NCBI GenBank assembly: GCA_951406725.2
Contig: OX597838.1
Span: 34,472,001-34,536,000, forward strand
Origin: Octopus vulgaris
Taxonomy: Eukaryota
DNA: 64,000 nucleotides
Direction: 5' to 3'
Shown here in pieces: positions 49,093 to 63,199 of this stretch. How positions within the stretch are numbered: position 1 is the first letter of the stretch; each line of letters begins with the position of its first letter. The notes beneath the pieces were generated by a model. The model saw nothing but the letters and a program-made list of their open reading frames with translations, did not search any database and was not told the DNA's origin. The position numbers and the translations under genes were made by a program.

Positions 49093-49690
49093 TCACTCAC
49101 ACAACACTCACTCGCACGGCATTCACTCACACAACACTCACTCACTCATGTAACACTCACCCACTCACTCATGTGATACTCATTCATGCAACACTCACTC
49201 ACTTGAGCGACATTCACTCACTCACTTACTTGAATGACATTCATTCACTCGCTCATTTGAGCGACATTCATTCACTCACTCGAACGACACTCACTCGAGC
49301 TACACTCACTCACTCACACACTCGAATGACACTCACTCGAACGACACTCACTCGAACGACACTCACTCGAACGACACACACTCGAACGACACTCACTCGA
49401 ACGACACTCACTCGAACGACACTCACTCGAACGACACTCACTCGAACGACACTCACTCGTACGACACTCACTCGTACGACACTCACTCGTACGACACTCA
49501 CTCGTACGACACTCACTCGTACGACACTCACTCGTACGACACTCAGTGGTACGACACTCACTCATACACTCACTCGTACGACACTCAGTGGTGCGACACT
49601 CACTCGTACGACACTCACTCGAGCGACACTCGTGCACACACTCACTCGAGCGATACTCGCTCACGCAACATTCACTGACCCACTCAGGAT
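49093..49690. repeat. 15-bp minisatellite
   Basis: CACTCACTCG(A/T)ACGA units with degenerate edges. Confidence 0.92.
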
Positions 49691-49877
49691 TTTGTCAGAT
49701 CCCCCCAGTCATTCACACTCACACACTCACGCAACGCTTGCTCAATCTTGGCAACACTTATACAACACTTACTCCAACACAACACACGCATGCACTGCGC
49801 ACGCGCACAACACTCCAGCACATTTTTAAAAATCTTTAACTTTGTAACATTTCTCAAACTATATTTTACCGTTTCAG

Positions 49878-50647
49878 GGTCTATCGCACTGGCAGGCATG
49901 CAACCTGGTTTGTTTGCCATAAAGGGTGGAAACAAGCAGGTGTCCGAAAAACTATTAGAGGAGTCTAAAGCTAATTTTATTCACGCCGAAGTAAAAAAAA
50001 TCTCATTGTTAAAGGAACACGATTCAATACAATATGAATTATTCTATAAACCCCACAACTCGACCGAACAAAATTCCATGCAAAACCATATATACGATAT
50101 TGTGATAATTGCTATGCCACTCCATCAGGATAGCAAAGATATTAAATTTGAAGGGTTTATATCACCATTATCCTATAGCCAACCTTTTTACCGAACTGTG
50201 GCCACATTCATTCAAGGAGAGGTAAACGCCTCATTTTTTGATTTTGATAAAGAAGGCGACCTGCCGAATACTATTTTGATTAACGCAGAACCATACTTCA
50301 TAAATTCCATTTCAAAGAGACGAAAGAACCTCTGGAAGGTGTTCTCCCGGGAACTGCTAACCGAAAGCGAGAAAAACCTGTTGTTCAAAAGCATTGAGAA
50401 AACGACCGTCTATAATTGGTTGGCCTACCCAGCTTACAGTTCTTCTCAGAAGTTACTTCCCTTTGTTCTACACGACCAACTCTACTATGTGAATGCTATG
50501 GAAAGCGCTGCTTCTACGATCGAGACCAGCGTAATTGCGGCTAGAAACGTGGCACTGCTTGTCAAAAACCATTGGTTCAATCTCTTTGATTATATCGACG
50601 AAATACCAAATGAATCAGACGAAAATAAAATAAAAGGAGAATTGTAG
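49878..50647 (+). CDS. PCYOX1: Prenylcysteine oxidase 1-like, last exon
   Basis: GSIALAG...GLFAIKGGNKQV...WKVFS...WLAYPAY...LYYVNAMESAASTIETSVIAARNVALL...KGEL-TAG; CDS totals 1446 nt (481 aa). PCYOX1 versus PCYOX1L orthology cannot be resolved here. Confidence 0.93.
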
Positions 50648-52633
50648 CCATTTTTTTCTCTTCATCTAGAAAGGCTGGTACTACCAGTCCTTATCTTTTT
50701 CACACTATTTTCTTGATTTTTTTTGGATTTTTTTTAGAAACATCAAGGATCAGATTTAGGGTGAGAAGAAATGGCATGCGAAAGTCCTTTCCTTCCCTTA
50801 CCCAAATCTAGGTTCAGTTGAACTGATAATTGGTGCCTTTTGCTAATTCCTCTCTCTAAAAATGGATGGCGTTCTAGTCAGACATTGTATTAGGAAGAAA
50901 GGTTCCGCTACTGCTGTAAGATCGCTGAGAGTATTTGTCTGCGTTTCATCTGATATTTTTTTGTGATTTCAGTGATATGATTATCACATAGTTGATATCT
51001 TCCTGCAATTTGTTAATGGTGATGTGTATAGTTATAGGTCTTGATTCATTTAACGATCCGTATGTCTTTAAAATAAACTGCCTTCCAAATATTACATCTT
51101 GTTTGTCTGAGAAAAGAAGCTAGAAGGTGCTAACTTCCAGATGTTATAACTTGTATTTATAAGAAAAATTTCTGGCTACTAGATACTTTGGTTTGTTTGT
51201 CTAGCAAGAGAAACTGCCTTCCAAACATTGTGTGTGTATGTCTAAGAAAAGAGGCTAGCTAGCTTCCAAATATACCTTGTATGTATAGGAAAAAGGCTGA
51301 CTGGTAGATCTAGTGGTTTGTTTACCTAGCACAGGCACGAGCAACCTTTTCTCAAGGAGCAGACCACATGAGACATGGCTTCACAGTGTAACAAAATTTT
51401 TATTTTTGTCTTTGGCCAGTGATATTTCATGTTTGCTTCTATTTAGAAATGAAAGGAAATCCCTACTAGTCCCTTCCTGGACATCAATGTTTTGAAACTG
51501 ACCTATTTTCCATTACATTTCAAGTAGTCAGTGATGAGTTGCTGAAGCAAAATTTTCTAGAAGTTTCAAGAACTTTCGAGACGTTTCTAAAAGTTTCAAG
51601 AATTTCTAGAACATTCTGGTAACATAGATCATCATCATCATCATCGTTTAACGTCCGCTTTCCATGCTAGCATGGGTTGGATGATTTTGACTGAGGGCTG
51701 GCAAACCAGATGGCTGCACCAGTATCCAATCTTGATCCGGCAGAGTTTCTACAGCTGGATGCCCTTCCTAATGCCAGGGATCATAAGCTTAACAGTTCAG
51801 TTTATTTCTAGCTGTCCAAGTGGAGACAAGTTTGAGGAAAGCAAATTGAAGAAAATATCAGCCATTTATCATAATTTCCAAGGGTAGGCAAATAGGAAAT
51901 GACAGTTGCAACCTGTAGATAAAGATCATGTTACATAGTTTTATCAGGTATGTCGTACTACTATTAAAAACTGAAGGCGATTTTCTTAGGCATGACATTC
52001 AGGAAGTCCCACTGGCCCTAGTTTTCCCATGACTGGTGTAGGAGCTGGTTCTTGAGGTTAGAGGCAAGGAGATAAAATCCATTTGTGTTTCAACATATCA
52101 ATCTAATATAGGAATGGAGAGTAATCCACTGACAGACTGACTTCCAACTATTATATACATTATGTTCTAGGAGAGCTGGCAGAAACGTTAGCGCACTGGG
52201 CGAAATGCTTAGCAGTATTTCGTTTGCCATAACGTTCTGAGTTCAAATCCCGCCAAGGTCGACTTTGCCTTTCATCCTTTCGGGGTCGATAAATAAAGAG
52301 CCAGTTATGCACTGGGGTCGATGTAATTGACTCAATCCCTTTGTCTGTCCTTGTTTGTCCCCTCTATGTTTAGCCCCTTGTGGGCAATAAAGAAATAAGA
52401 AACATTAGCACACCAAGCGAAATGCTTAGCGGTATTTCGTCTGCCATTACGTTCTGAGTTCAAATTCCGCCAAGGTCGACTTTGCCTTTCATCCTTTCAG
52501 GGTTGATAAATAAAGTACCAGTTATGCACTGGGGTCGATGTAATCGACTTAATCCCTTTGTCTGTCCTTGTTTGTCCCCTCTATATTTAGCCCCTTGAGG
52601 GCAATAAAGAAATATATACATTATGTTCTAGAA

Positions 52634-53002
52634 CAGTGATTCCCAATGTGAGGCATACACACCCCCACCAGTGGAGCCTGGGAAAATTGTGATGGGGCAT
52701 GAGATCCCCTAATTTTTAATGTTTTTTTTTCTTCAGTGGGACTTGGAATTGTGAAAATCTTTTTCTTACAGCAAACATATTACACCTCTATTCAGCTTAG
52801 CCAAGCCAATCCTTCCATTTAGGCATAATATGTGGACTCTGTAGAGCTATTCTAAAGCCTTGGTGTGGATATTTCTTTAAGGAAATTATGTAATTATGAA
52901 ATATTAAAAATAAAGTTGTTTTTTTTTCCAGCCACCAATGGGGCATACATTTTTCTGGAAAGTTATTGTGGGGCCTGGAAGAAAATAGTTTGGAAAACAC
53001 TG
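52634..53002. mobile_element. hAT-type MITE (different family)
   Basis: CAGTGATTCCCAA / TTGGAAAACACTG ends; 8-bp TSD TTCTAGAA. Confidence 0.8.
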
Positions 53003-53507
53003 TTCTAGAATGTCTGTGACAATGACAATTCCACCATTGTATAAAAAATGAAATACCATTTTTTTTTCTCACATCTATCATATAACAAGACTGCTATCAA
53101 GAGAATCTTTGAATTGTTTAAAGATTTCATTTCAAAAACCTTCTTATAATTATTGAAGTGTTCATCAACAATAAATAAATAAATAAATAAATCTTCAAGA
53201 TATTGTGCTTTAAAGAAAAACCTTTATGAAGACCAGATATGAATTTTTTATGGTCTGCTTAGCTGTGTTCCTGCAAATAGTTTAGAATTCCTGATGTTAA
53301 GAGTAAAAGTAAGAGTTCCAGTGAAGAATGATATTTTAAAGATTGTATGGGAGGTAAGAGGGACTTTGGTATAGAATAGAAGGGGAAATTAATGAATTAT
53401 CGTATGTGCATATGTGTGTGGATGACAGTTGTCATTTAGCCCCAGGTCTGCTCTGATCTGGTAGACATACAATTAAAGACATTCTGGCTGTGACCATCCT
53501 GAGTTTA

Positions 53508-54764
53508 TCAGGTCGTCCCATAAGTTCTGTCTGAATTTTAAATAAAGAAAACAAGTGATCAAATGTTATATTTAATTGAAATTTAATCATCAATGTACTT
53601 TCCCTGATTATCTATGACTTCCTTCCATCTATTTACAAGCTTTTTAATCCCATCAATGTAAAATTCTTTTCGTTTCAAAGCAAACAACTCTGAAATGTCA
53701 GTTTCGACCTCCTCCTGGCTAGCAAAAGTTATGTCCCCCCCAAATGATTCTGTAAACTACGAAACAAATAGTAGCCTGAAGGAGCAAGGTCAGGAGAATA
53801 AGGTGGATGAGGAATTTTTTCCCAACCAAGTTCTTCGCTCTTCTGTGATATGATCTTTGCAGAATGGGGTCAAGCATTGTCCTGATGAAACATCACTCTT
53901 TTTCGATTCACTAAAGCAGGGCTTTTTTTCTTCAAAGCTTGGTTCAAACACTCTAATTGCTGACAGTGATTGTTGCATTAGGTGGTAACAATTCAAAGTG
54001 AATTACTCCTTTGCAATCCCACCAGATAGAGAGAAGAACCTTTTTTCCATGAAGTTCCCTTCTCGGTTGTGGTTGAGCTTTTACCCTTTTACCAAGCCCC
54101 TGTTTACGACGTTTAACATTTCAATAGAAGATCCATTTTTCATCACCAGTCACAAGTCTATCCAAAATGGGTGAAATGAGTTTGCGAAAATGGAGAGAGG
54201 AGCAGATGTCAACTCGGGATTTGTGATTGCTTTCGGACAATTCATGAGGCACCCATTTCCGAAGTTTAGGAACCTTTCCAAGTTGTTGAAGATGATGATG
54301 AACAGTTGTATGGTTTGAACTAAGCTTTATTGATAATTATTCAACTGATAATGCCTCAAGGAGCTTATCATCAAACTCAACTGGATGTCCTGTTCAATCT
54401 TCATCTTCAAGGCTGAAATCTCCACTTCTGAATTTTGCAAACCATCTTCTGCAAGTTCTTTCATTCAAGCATTCTTTCCCATAAACTGAGTGTATGTTTC
54501 GAGTCGCTTTGGCTGCAGAGTTTCCTTTTTTTGTACTCATAAAGCATTTTGTGCCTCAAATGCTCTTTGGATACTTCCATGTGAGAAAGGGTTTTAATCA
54601 TAGAAATTTTAATTCTATTATTCTGTAATATAATATTTAATTAGTTTAAATGTACACAAATGCATAAAAATAATCTTTAATTCCATTAGACGTTTTAAAA
54701 TACTATTAAATTTCATTCAATTTTGAAAAAGGTAAAATCAGACAGAACTTATGGGATGGCCTGA
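53508..54764 (-). mobile_element. Full-length degenerate mariner
   Basis: TA-flanked TIRs TCAGGTCGTCCCATAAGTTCTGTC; transposase from ATG 54580 with WVPHEL, VTGDEKW, SPDLAPS motifs, broken by stops and frameshifts. Confidence 0.9.
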
Positions 54765-56289
54765 TATATGCATGTATGTGTGTGTGTGTGTGTGCTTGCA
54801 TGAATAAACAAATATACGTGTATATATATATATGTGTGTGTGTGTGTGCATGTGAAAGCACATGGCCTAATAGTTATGGCTTGCACTCACAACTACAAGG
54901 TTATGGCCTGGACTGGGAGGTGCATCATGATTACATTCTTTTTTATCTAATATCAGAGGGGAACAGCCCTGCTTCTAAGTTTCTTTTCCTTTTTCCTGGC
55001 TTTTACCAGTTGCAACTCAGATTATGTAACATTTTAAAAATTGAATAGATCAGCGCCGCCCAGACTGGCCTCTGTGCCAGTGGCACGTAAAAAGCACCAT
55101 CCGATCGTGGCTGTTTGCCAGCCTCGTCTGGCACCTGTGCAGGTGGCACGTAAAAAGCACCCACTACACTCATTGAGTGGTTGGCGTTAGGAAGGGCATC
55201 CAGCTGTAGAAACACTGCCAGATCAGACTGGGCCTGGTGCAGCCTTCTGGCTTCCCAGACCCCAGTTGAACCGTCCAACCCATGCAAGCATGGAAAATGG
55301 ACGTTAAACGATGATGATAATGATGATGATTACCCAATATAACCCCAGCCTCTACATCTTAAGGTTCCTTTTTATCCACCATCAAGGTCACAATCATCAT
55401 CATTTAGCGTCCACTTCCCATGCTAGCATGGGTTGGACGGTTCAACTGGGGTCTGGAAGCCAGAAGGCTGCACCAGGCCCAGTCAGATCTGGCAGTGTGT
55501 TTTTTTATATTTAATATGAGAGGAAGACAGATCTGCTTCGAGGTTTCTTTTCCTTTTTCCTGTTCCTTTCTCATCTTGCAAGTTAACTGGTAACCTCACT
55601 AGTGCTAGTGGCATGTAAAAACCATCCAATATGCACCGTAAGGTGGTTGGTTTTATTAAGGGCATTTAGCTGTAGAAGCCATGCTAAAGCTGATATTGGA
55701 AGTAACTCTGGGGCTCTCCAAATCCTATTAAACCTACCTGTCCACAGTGATATGGAAAACAGATCATCATCATCATCATCGTTTAACGTCGGTTTTCCAT
55801 GCTAGCATGGGTTGGACGGTTTGACCGGGGTCTGGGGAGCCAGAAGGCTGCATCAGGCTCCAGTCTGGTCTGGCAGTGTTTCTACAGCTGGATGCCCTTC
55901 CTAACGCCAACCACTCCATGAGTGTAGTGGGTGTTTTTTACATGCCACCAGCACAGGTGCCAGGGGAGGCTGGCAATGACCACAATCGTGGTGGTTTTTA
56001 CGTGCCACCGACACGGAAGCCAGTCAAGGCAGTGCTGATAATGTATGTGATCTTATAAATGCGTTAATTAACCAGTTACATTTTAGATACCTTTACAGGG
56101 TTTTTGAAGCAACTTGAATTGGTTTCAAATTTTGGCACAAGGCCAGCAATCTTAGGGGAGAGTGTAAGTTGATTACATTGAAACCCCCCCCTAATGCACA
56201 ACTGGTATTTATTTTATCAATCCTGAAAGGATGAATGACAAAGTCAACCTTGGTGGAATCTGAACTCGAAATGTAAATAATAATAATAA

Positions 56290-57500
56290 TAATAAACATT
56301 GTGTACAGTGCTCAGGTGCACCACAACTCATCTAAAGTGCATATATAATCAGGTGTAGTTTCGACGGATTTCGGAAAGCATGAGGGCCTTAAAGGATGCA
56401 GTGTCATGGCAGTCAACGACTGATGTAGGCAGTTTATTCCATGCTTCAGCAACTCTGAGCGTGAAGAAATGTTTCCGAAAGTCATGGGACCTGTGCTGTT
56501 TTCTGACTTTGTAAATATGTCCACGTGTGTTAGACACATGGAGATCAAAAAGGTGTTCAGTGTTGTTATTGGTGAGGTGGTTGACAACTTTGTGGGCGTT
56601 TACCAAGTACGTCGCCAGACGCCGGAGCTTCAGTGAATACATGCCCAGGGAAACAAGGCGTTCAGAATATGGTAGGTGTCTGATGGAGGGTATGCGTTTG
56701 GTTGCACGTCTCTGAACAGATTCCAGGAGGTCAATGTTCTGAGCAAGATAGGGGTTCCAAACTGATGATGCGAATTCCAAGTGTGGTCGTACCATAGCTG
56801 TATACAGTTTTAAATAGATGGCTGGAGAGCAGCTAACAAAAGTCTTGCTGAGTGATGCCAAGACACCCTCGGTCTTCTTGACAATTTTAGAGATATGCTT
56901 TGTCCAACGCAAATCACTGCTGACAGTGATGCCTAGGTCACGCTCGCATAAGGATTTCTTGATATCAGTGTTGTGGAGGGAGTATGTGGACGCAGGGTTT
57001 TTTCTCCCAAAATGCATGGTGGTACACTTGTCCGCAGCCAGTTTCAGTTGCCAGTCTGTGATCCATTGCTGCATTGTGTCCAGGTCTGATTGCAGGAAAG
57101 AGCTGTAGACAACAGGATCTGTCCTCTTGATTTCAAGGTACAGCTTGATGTCGTCTGCATATTTTAATACTGTGGCATTCTTTAAATTTGCATCTATGTC
57201 ATTAATGTATGCCACAAACAAGAGGGGACCAAGGACAGATCCCTGTGGTACACCCGATGACATCTCATATGGTGTAGAATGCTGTCCTAGAACTGTGACT
57301 GCCTCCTTTCGGTTGAGAATGAAGGATTTCAACCAGTTAAAAAGGTCGTCCCTCACACCCATTGCAGAGAGTTTCACCGAAAGCCTTAGCAAAGTCAAGG
57401 TAGACAACATCCACCCATGAGCCACTGTCAGTGATCTGAGTAATGTCCTCAAGGAACTCGACAAGCTGATCACTGCAGCTGGAGTTAGGGACAAATCCAT
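56290..57500 (-). mobile_element. CR1/L2-like LINE, 5'-truncated, RT domain open
   Basis: ORF 56349-57500 with SGVPQGSVLGPLLF, KYADD, RPHLEFASSVWNP, ESVQRRATK; (TTA)n tail near 56280. Confidence 0.9.
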
Positions 57501-57659
57501 ATTGTGATTGCCACTCAGCTTTTCACCTGGTATGCTAATGATTTTGTCTGCTCACTGCCTTAAAAAGTAACTTTTATTGAAAGTATGTTTTTGTCTGATG
57601 ATTTGAACCCTTTTTTTTTTTGTCATAGAAGACAACAAAATTTATATGCAAAATTTTAC

Positions 57660-58060
57660 TTCCAGAAATTCTAAATGTTTTATGTTCAAATTGTCTAAAT
57701 TCGACCGCTCACACCTACCACATAATGTCAGTCTAACAAATATACTATCACAACATATCAGGCCCAAAAATTCTAAATGTTTTATGCTCAAATCAAACAG
57801 ATTTGGCCTCTCACACCTACCACACATCAATCTAATAAATATACTATCACAACATTCAGACCTCAAAACTCTAAATGTTTTATGTTCAAATTGTCCAAAT
57901 TCAACCTCTTACACCTACCACACATCTTCAGTCTAACAAATATGCTATCTTAACATATCAGGCCCAAAAATTCTAAATATTTTATGTTCAAATTGACTGA
58001 ATTTGACCTCTCACAACCTAACCACACATCAGTCTAATAAATATGCTATCACAACATTGA
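57660..58060. repeat. About 95-bp tandem repeat, 4 units
   Basis: AATTCTAAATGTTTTATGTTCAAATTG...CACCTACCACA...CTAACAAATATACTATCACAACAT repeated. Confidence 0.8.
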
Positions 58061-58800
58061 AATAATGCGTGATTAATTCAAACCAATTTGAATAAATAAA
58101 CGTCCTTGACAGAATAATCTGAATGCTAAAGGGTTTAACTCTTGTTTATCAGCTAAGTATTAGCTAAATCCTTTTTGTCTCTAATACATCAATGTTAATA
58201 AATAATGTTGACATCATAAAAAGATGTTGGTTTGAGTTCCATGGCAGCTTTTGACTTTTTCTCTGCTAAAGAGTTTTTTTAATCCAATATCTACATGCTG
58301 TTATGTGTAGCTTTATGTGTGCTTCAAGATCCACTGTTCCAAAACAGAATTATTTATTCTTCTCCCAAAGTTTATAAATTCTAACGACATCAACAACATA
58401 CAATTCTCCCTGGTAAGAATAAAGTCTCTAAAATGGATAGGGAAACTCAAAGGATTGCTTTTGTCCAATCGTAAAACACCTGTTATGCGTACAGGAGTTG
58501 TGGGTTCAATTCCCACAGACAGACTTTGACATTTTCTATGTAATTGGCTATTATTTATAGCTTTATCTGCTTCAAGAGCCACTGTTCCAAAAGAGAAATA
58601 ATATATTTTGTTACTCTTTTACTTGTTTCAGTCATTTGACTGCGGCCAACCTGGAGTACCGCCTTTAGTCGAGCAATTCGACCCCGGGACTTATTCTTTG
58701 TAAGCCCAGTACTTATTCTATCGGTCTCTTTTGCTGAACCGCTAAGTGATGGGGACGTAAACACACCAGCATCGGTTGCCAAGCAATGCTAGGGGGACAA

Positions 58801-58849
<49 letters not shown>

Positions 58850-61002
58850 TACGACAGGCTTCTTTCAGTTTCCGTCTACCAAATCCACTCACAAGGCATT
58901 GGTCGGCCCGGGGCTATAGCAGAAGACACTTGCCCAAGATGCCACGCAGTGGGACTGAACCCGGAACCATGTGGTTGGTTAGCAAGCTACTTACCACACA
59001 GCCACTAAATCTTGAAGCAATAAATAGCACAAAGATTGCATAATGGAATAATATACAAATTGTTTTCTCCAGTGGGGTATTTAACTGCTATTTCATGAAA
59101 TTTATTTAGTAACATTGGAGAATAATCTTTTCTACTATAGGCACAAGGCCTGGGATTTGGTCGATTACATTGACCCCCCCAGTGTTTCACTGGTACTTAA
59201 TTTATTGACCCTGAAGGGATGAGAGGCAAAGTTGACCTCGGTGAAATTTGAATTCAGAACATAGCAATGGGTGAAATACTGCTAAGCATTTTGTCCAGCG
59301 TGCTAATGATCCTGACAGCTCACCGCCTTACCATTGAAGACGAATGATAACAGTTAACATCACTACAGGAATAACCATGAAATTTAATTTCGCAGTTTTA
59401 GGCGCAGGAGTGGCTGTGTGGTAAGTAGCTTGTTTACCAACCACATGGTTCCGGGTTCAGTCTCACTGCGTGGCACCTTGGGCAAGTGTCTTCTACTATA
59501 GCCTCGGGCTGACCAAAGCCTTTTGAGTGGATTTGGTAGACGGAAACTGAAAGAAGCCCATCGTATATATGTATATATATATATGCATGTATGTGTGTGT
59601 GTTTGTGTGTCTGCCCCCTAGCATTGCTTGACAACCGATGCTGGTGTGTTTATGTCCCCGTCACTTAGCGGTTCAGCAAAAGAGACCAATAGAATAAGTA
59701 CTGGGCTTACAAAGAATAAGTCCCGGGTCGAGTTGCTCGATTAAAGGTGGTGCTCCAGCATGGCCGCAGTCAAATGACTGAAACAAGTAAAAGAGTTAAC
59801 CCTTTTGTTACCATATCTCTATTGAAATACACTGCTTTTGTTTTGATCAATTCTGAAAATAATGAAGCATTTTAGCAAATTAACATTTATCATTATTAAA
59901 ATTGTATTTGAAATATAAATCATGAAATTTTGATGGATGCTTTTAATCTAAAGCATTGTAAAACAGGGCGTTTGTATCACAGAGCCAGGGGTGATCTCAG
60001 TTTTGTTGATAACATGATGGTCAAAGCATTAAAATAATTCTGAAAAATTTGTTTGTCCGTCCATAGGCGCAGGAGTGGCTGTGCGGTAAGTAACTTGTTT
60101 ACCAACCACATGGTTCCGGGTTCAGTCCCACTGCGTGGCACCTTGGGCAAGTGTCTTCTACTATAGCCTCGAGCTGACCAAAGCCTTTTGAGTGGATTTG
60201 GTAGACGGAAACTGAAAGAAGCCCGTCGTATATATGTATATATATATATGTGTATGTGTGTGCATGTATGTTTGTGTTTGTCCCCCTAGCATTGCTTGAC
60301 AACCGATGCTGGTGTGTTTATGTCCCCGTCACTTGGCGGTTCAGCAAAAGAGGCCGATAGAATAAGTACTAGGCTTCCAAAGAATAAGTCCTAGGGGGGG
60401 GCGATTTGCTCGACTAAAGGCGGTGCTCCAGCATGGCCACAGTCAAATGACTGAAACAAGTAAAAGAGTAAAGAGTATTTTTTAATTTGCATTTGGCCAG
60501 AGATGCAGAAACGAGAGTCGGAATTCTTGTTTTGGATTTATATTCTTTAAACCATTATAGTGGTTTTTAGTTTCAATGGAAGGGAAGAAGCCAAGAAAAA
60601 CAGTCCTTTATCTTTGCCATAAATATATCAACCACTCTAATCCAACAAAATTATAAGGCTTCCACATAACAACAGTACAATTTTTCGAGTGGCAATATTT
60701 CACATGTGGAGAATGTGCTATTTTATTCTAGTTCTTAAGAAGGCATTAAATAATTATTAATTATCATTACTCTCTTATTTTTTCTTTCTCTCTTTTACTT
60801 GTTTCAGTCATTTGACTGCGGCCATGCTGGAGCACCGCCTTTAATCGAGCAACTCGACCCCGGCACTTATTCTTTTGTAAGCCCAGTACTTATTCTATCG
60901 GTCTCTTTTGCCGAACCGCTAAGTAACGGGGACATAAACACACCAGCATCGGTTGTCAAGCAATGCTAGGGAGACAAACACAGATGCACAAACACACACA
61001 CA

Positions 61003-61047
<45 letters not shown>

Positions 61048-61579
61048 GACGGGCTTCTTTCAGTTTCCGTCTACCAAATCCACTCACAAGGCTTTGGTCG
61101 GCCCGAGACTATAGTAGAAGACACTTGCCCAAGGTGCCACGCAGTGGGACTGAACCCGGAACGATGTGGTTGGTAAACAAGCTACTTACCACACAGCCAC
61201 TCCTGCGAATTTATTTTAGTAATGTTTTGAATGGTAATCATTAGATCCTACTTAAGAGTGCCATGATACTGCAGCACACACTCTGAGAAAGCTTTTCATA
61301 TGGAGGTACAGGCATGGCTGTATAGTATGAAGTTTGCTTTCCAACCACATGGTTCTGGGTTCAGTCCCACTCTGTGGCTCATTGGGCTGTAGCCTTGGGC
61401 TAACCAATGCCTTTTGAATGGATTTGCTACCTGGAAACTGAGAGAAGCCTGTTGAAGCTTTCTTCTTAACCACATGATTCCAGTTTCAGTCTGACTGTGT
61501 GGAACCTTGGGTAAGTGTCCTCAGGCCGATCGAAGACTTTTGAGTAGATTTGATAGACAGAAACTGAAAGAAGCCTGAC

Positions 61580-61632
<53 letters not shown>

Positions 61633-61929
61633 TATAACGTGAAGCTTTATGAAAATAGACAAAAGACGAAGGCAGGTGGAAAACAAACAAACAATTGTAT
61701 TAGTATGGCGCTCAGGAAATATAAATAAAACATGTGACCGCGTGTGTACCATTGGCGATTTTTTTTCCACTGTCTTCCCTTCTCTGGATCTTTCCTTCTC
61801 CTATGTTTCTGACAAAGAGCTCCGCTCAAAACGTTAAACCCTCCTTCTTTCCTGAGTGTCCAATAATACTATATTTGTTCCACGTCCTCGCATTGTTGTG
61901 ATTTTTTGTGCTTTCTTGTTTGGATTAAC

Positions 61930-61988
<59 letters not shown>

Positions 61989-62083
61989 TCTTGTAATTGT
62001 CATTTTAGTAAATAAATAAATTGACATAATATAATGTCTAAATGTTGATGAACCACCTATTGATCCCCTCCGTTTTCTTATTG

Positions 62084-62153
<70 letters not shown>

Positions 62154-63199
62154 AAATAAAGATTCAGATAGAATCAGGTACATGAAAAGATATGCACCAG
62201 GTAGAGTTGGATAAACCTGTGGTTCCGGCCTATGGTTGGTAAGTATCAAATAGGACATTCCGGTTGTGTACTCAGAGAAAACCAGCCCTGTGAGTATTTA
62301 GCGCCTAGGGACTGGTCCAAAACATTCTCCCATTTCATAGTTGGCCTCAACAGACTTCAGCCACGTCCCTGCTGTATTCTTGGGATATTCTTTTGTTTGT
62401 AAAATTACGTTTCATTTGATGTTTACGGTCCTTTGTAATGGAGCAATATTCTCATATTTGTATTAAATAGAGGTGTAAGAAATGTCTGCAATGACAATTA
62501 TCCATTGTCTGTTGTTATTCATTTGATACGTGTCTGTGTGTCTTTGTGTCTGCGCTTGTCCCTCTTCACTACTTGACAATTGGTGTTAGTGTTGGTGTAT
62601 TTACATCCCTGTAATGTAGCATAAAGAGATCGATAAAACAAGTACCAGGCTGTAAACATAGGCACTAGGGTTGATTTGTTTGACAAAGCCCTCGAAGATG
62701 GTGTCTCAGCCTGACTGCAATCCAATGACTGATACAAGTAAAAGATAGAAGATATACAGGCAGAAGTGTGCCTCCCACAACTTTGCTTGTTTCATCAATT
62801 CGTTGCTGTAGGAACAGGCATAGCTGTAGTAAGAAACTTGCTTCCCAACCACATGGCTCTGGGTTCAGTCCCGCTGCGTGGGACCTTGAGTAGGTGTCTT
62901 CTACTAAAGCCTCAGGCCGACCAAAGTCTTATGCGTGGATTTGATTGACAGAATCTTAAAGAAGCCTATTGTATATATGTGTGTGAATATATATATATAT
63001 CCAAACATATAAGGAATGGCCATAATAAGACATCCGACTCACTAGAAAGAGCAGTTAAACTCCAAACCACTAATAGTTGTAATTCTGAAATGGAAAGAGA
63101 AATAAAAACGTTTACCCTCTCCTTTCTGGACTATGCATAGTTTCGGCAATCTTATGTAAATAAATTAAATATATATATATATAAAGGTTAGTAGAGTTA

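Noticed and set aside
48879-49877. 316-aa TRTTL-repeat ORF and the first 43 aa of ORF 49748
   Set aside because: 15-bp minisatellite and intron sequence; the real exon starts at 49878.
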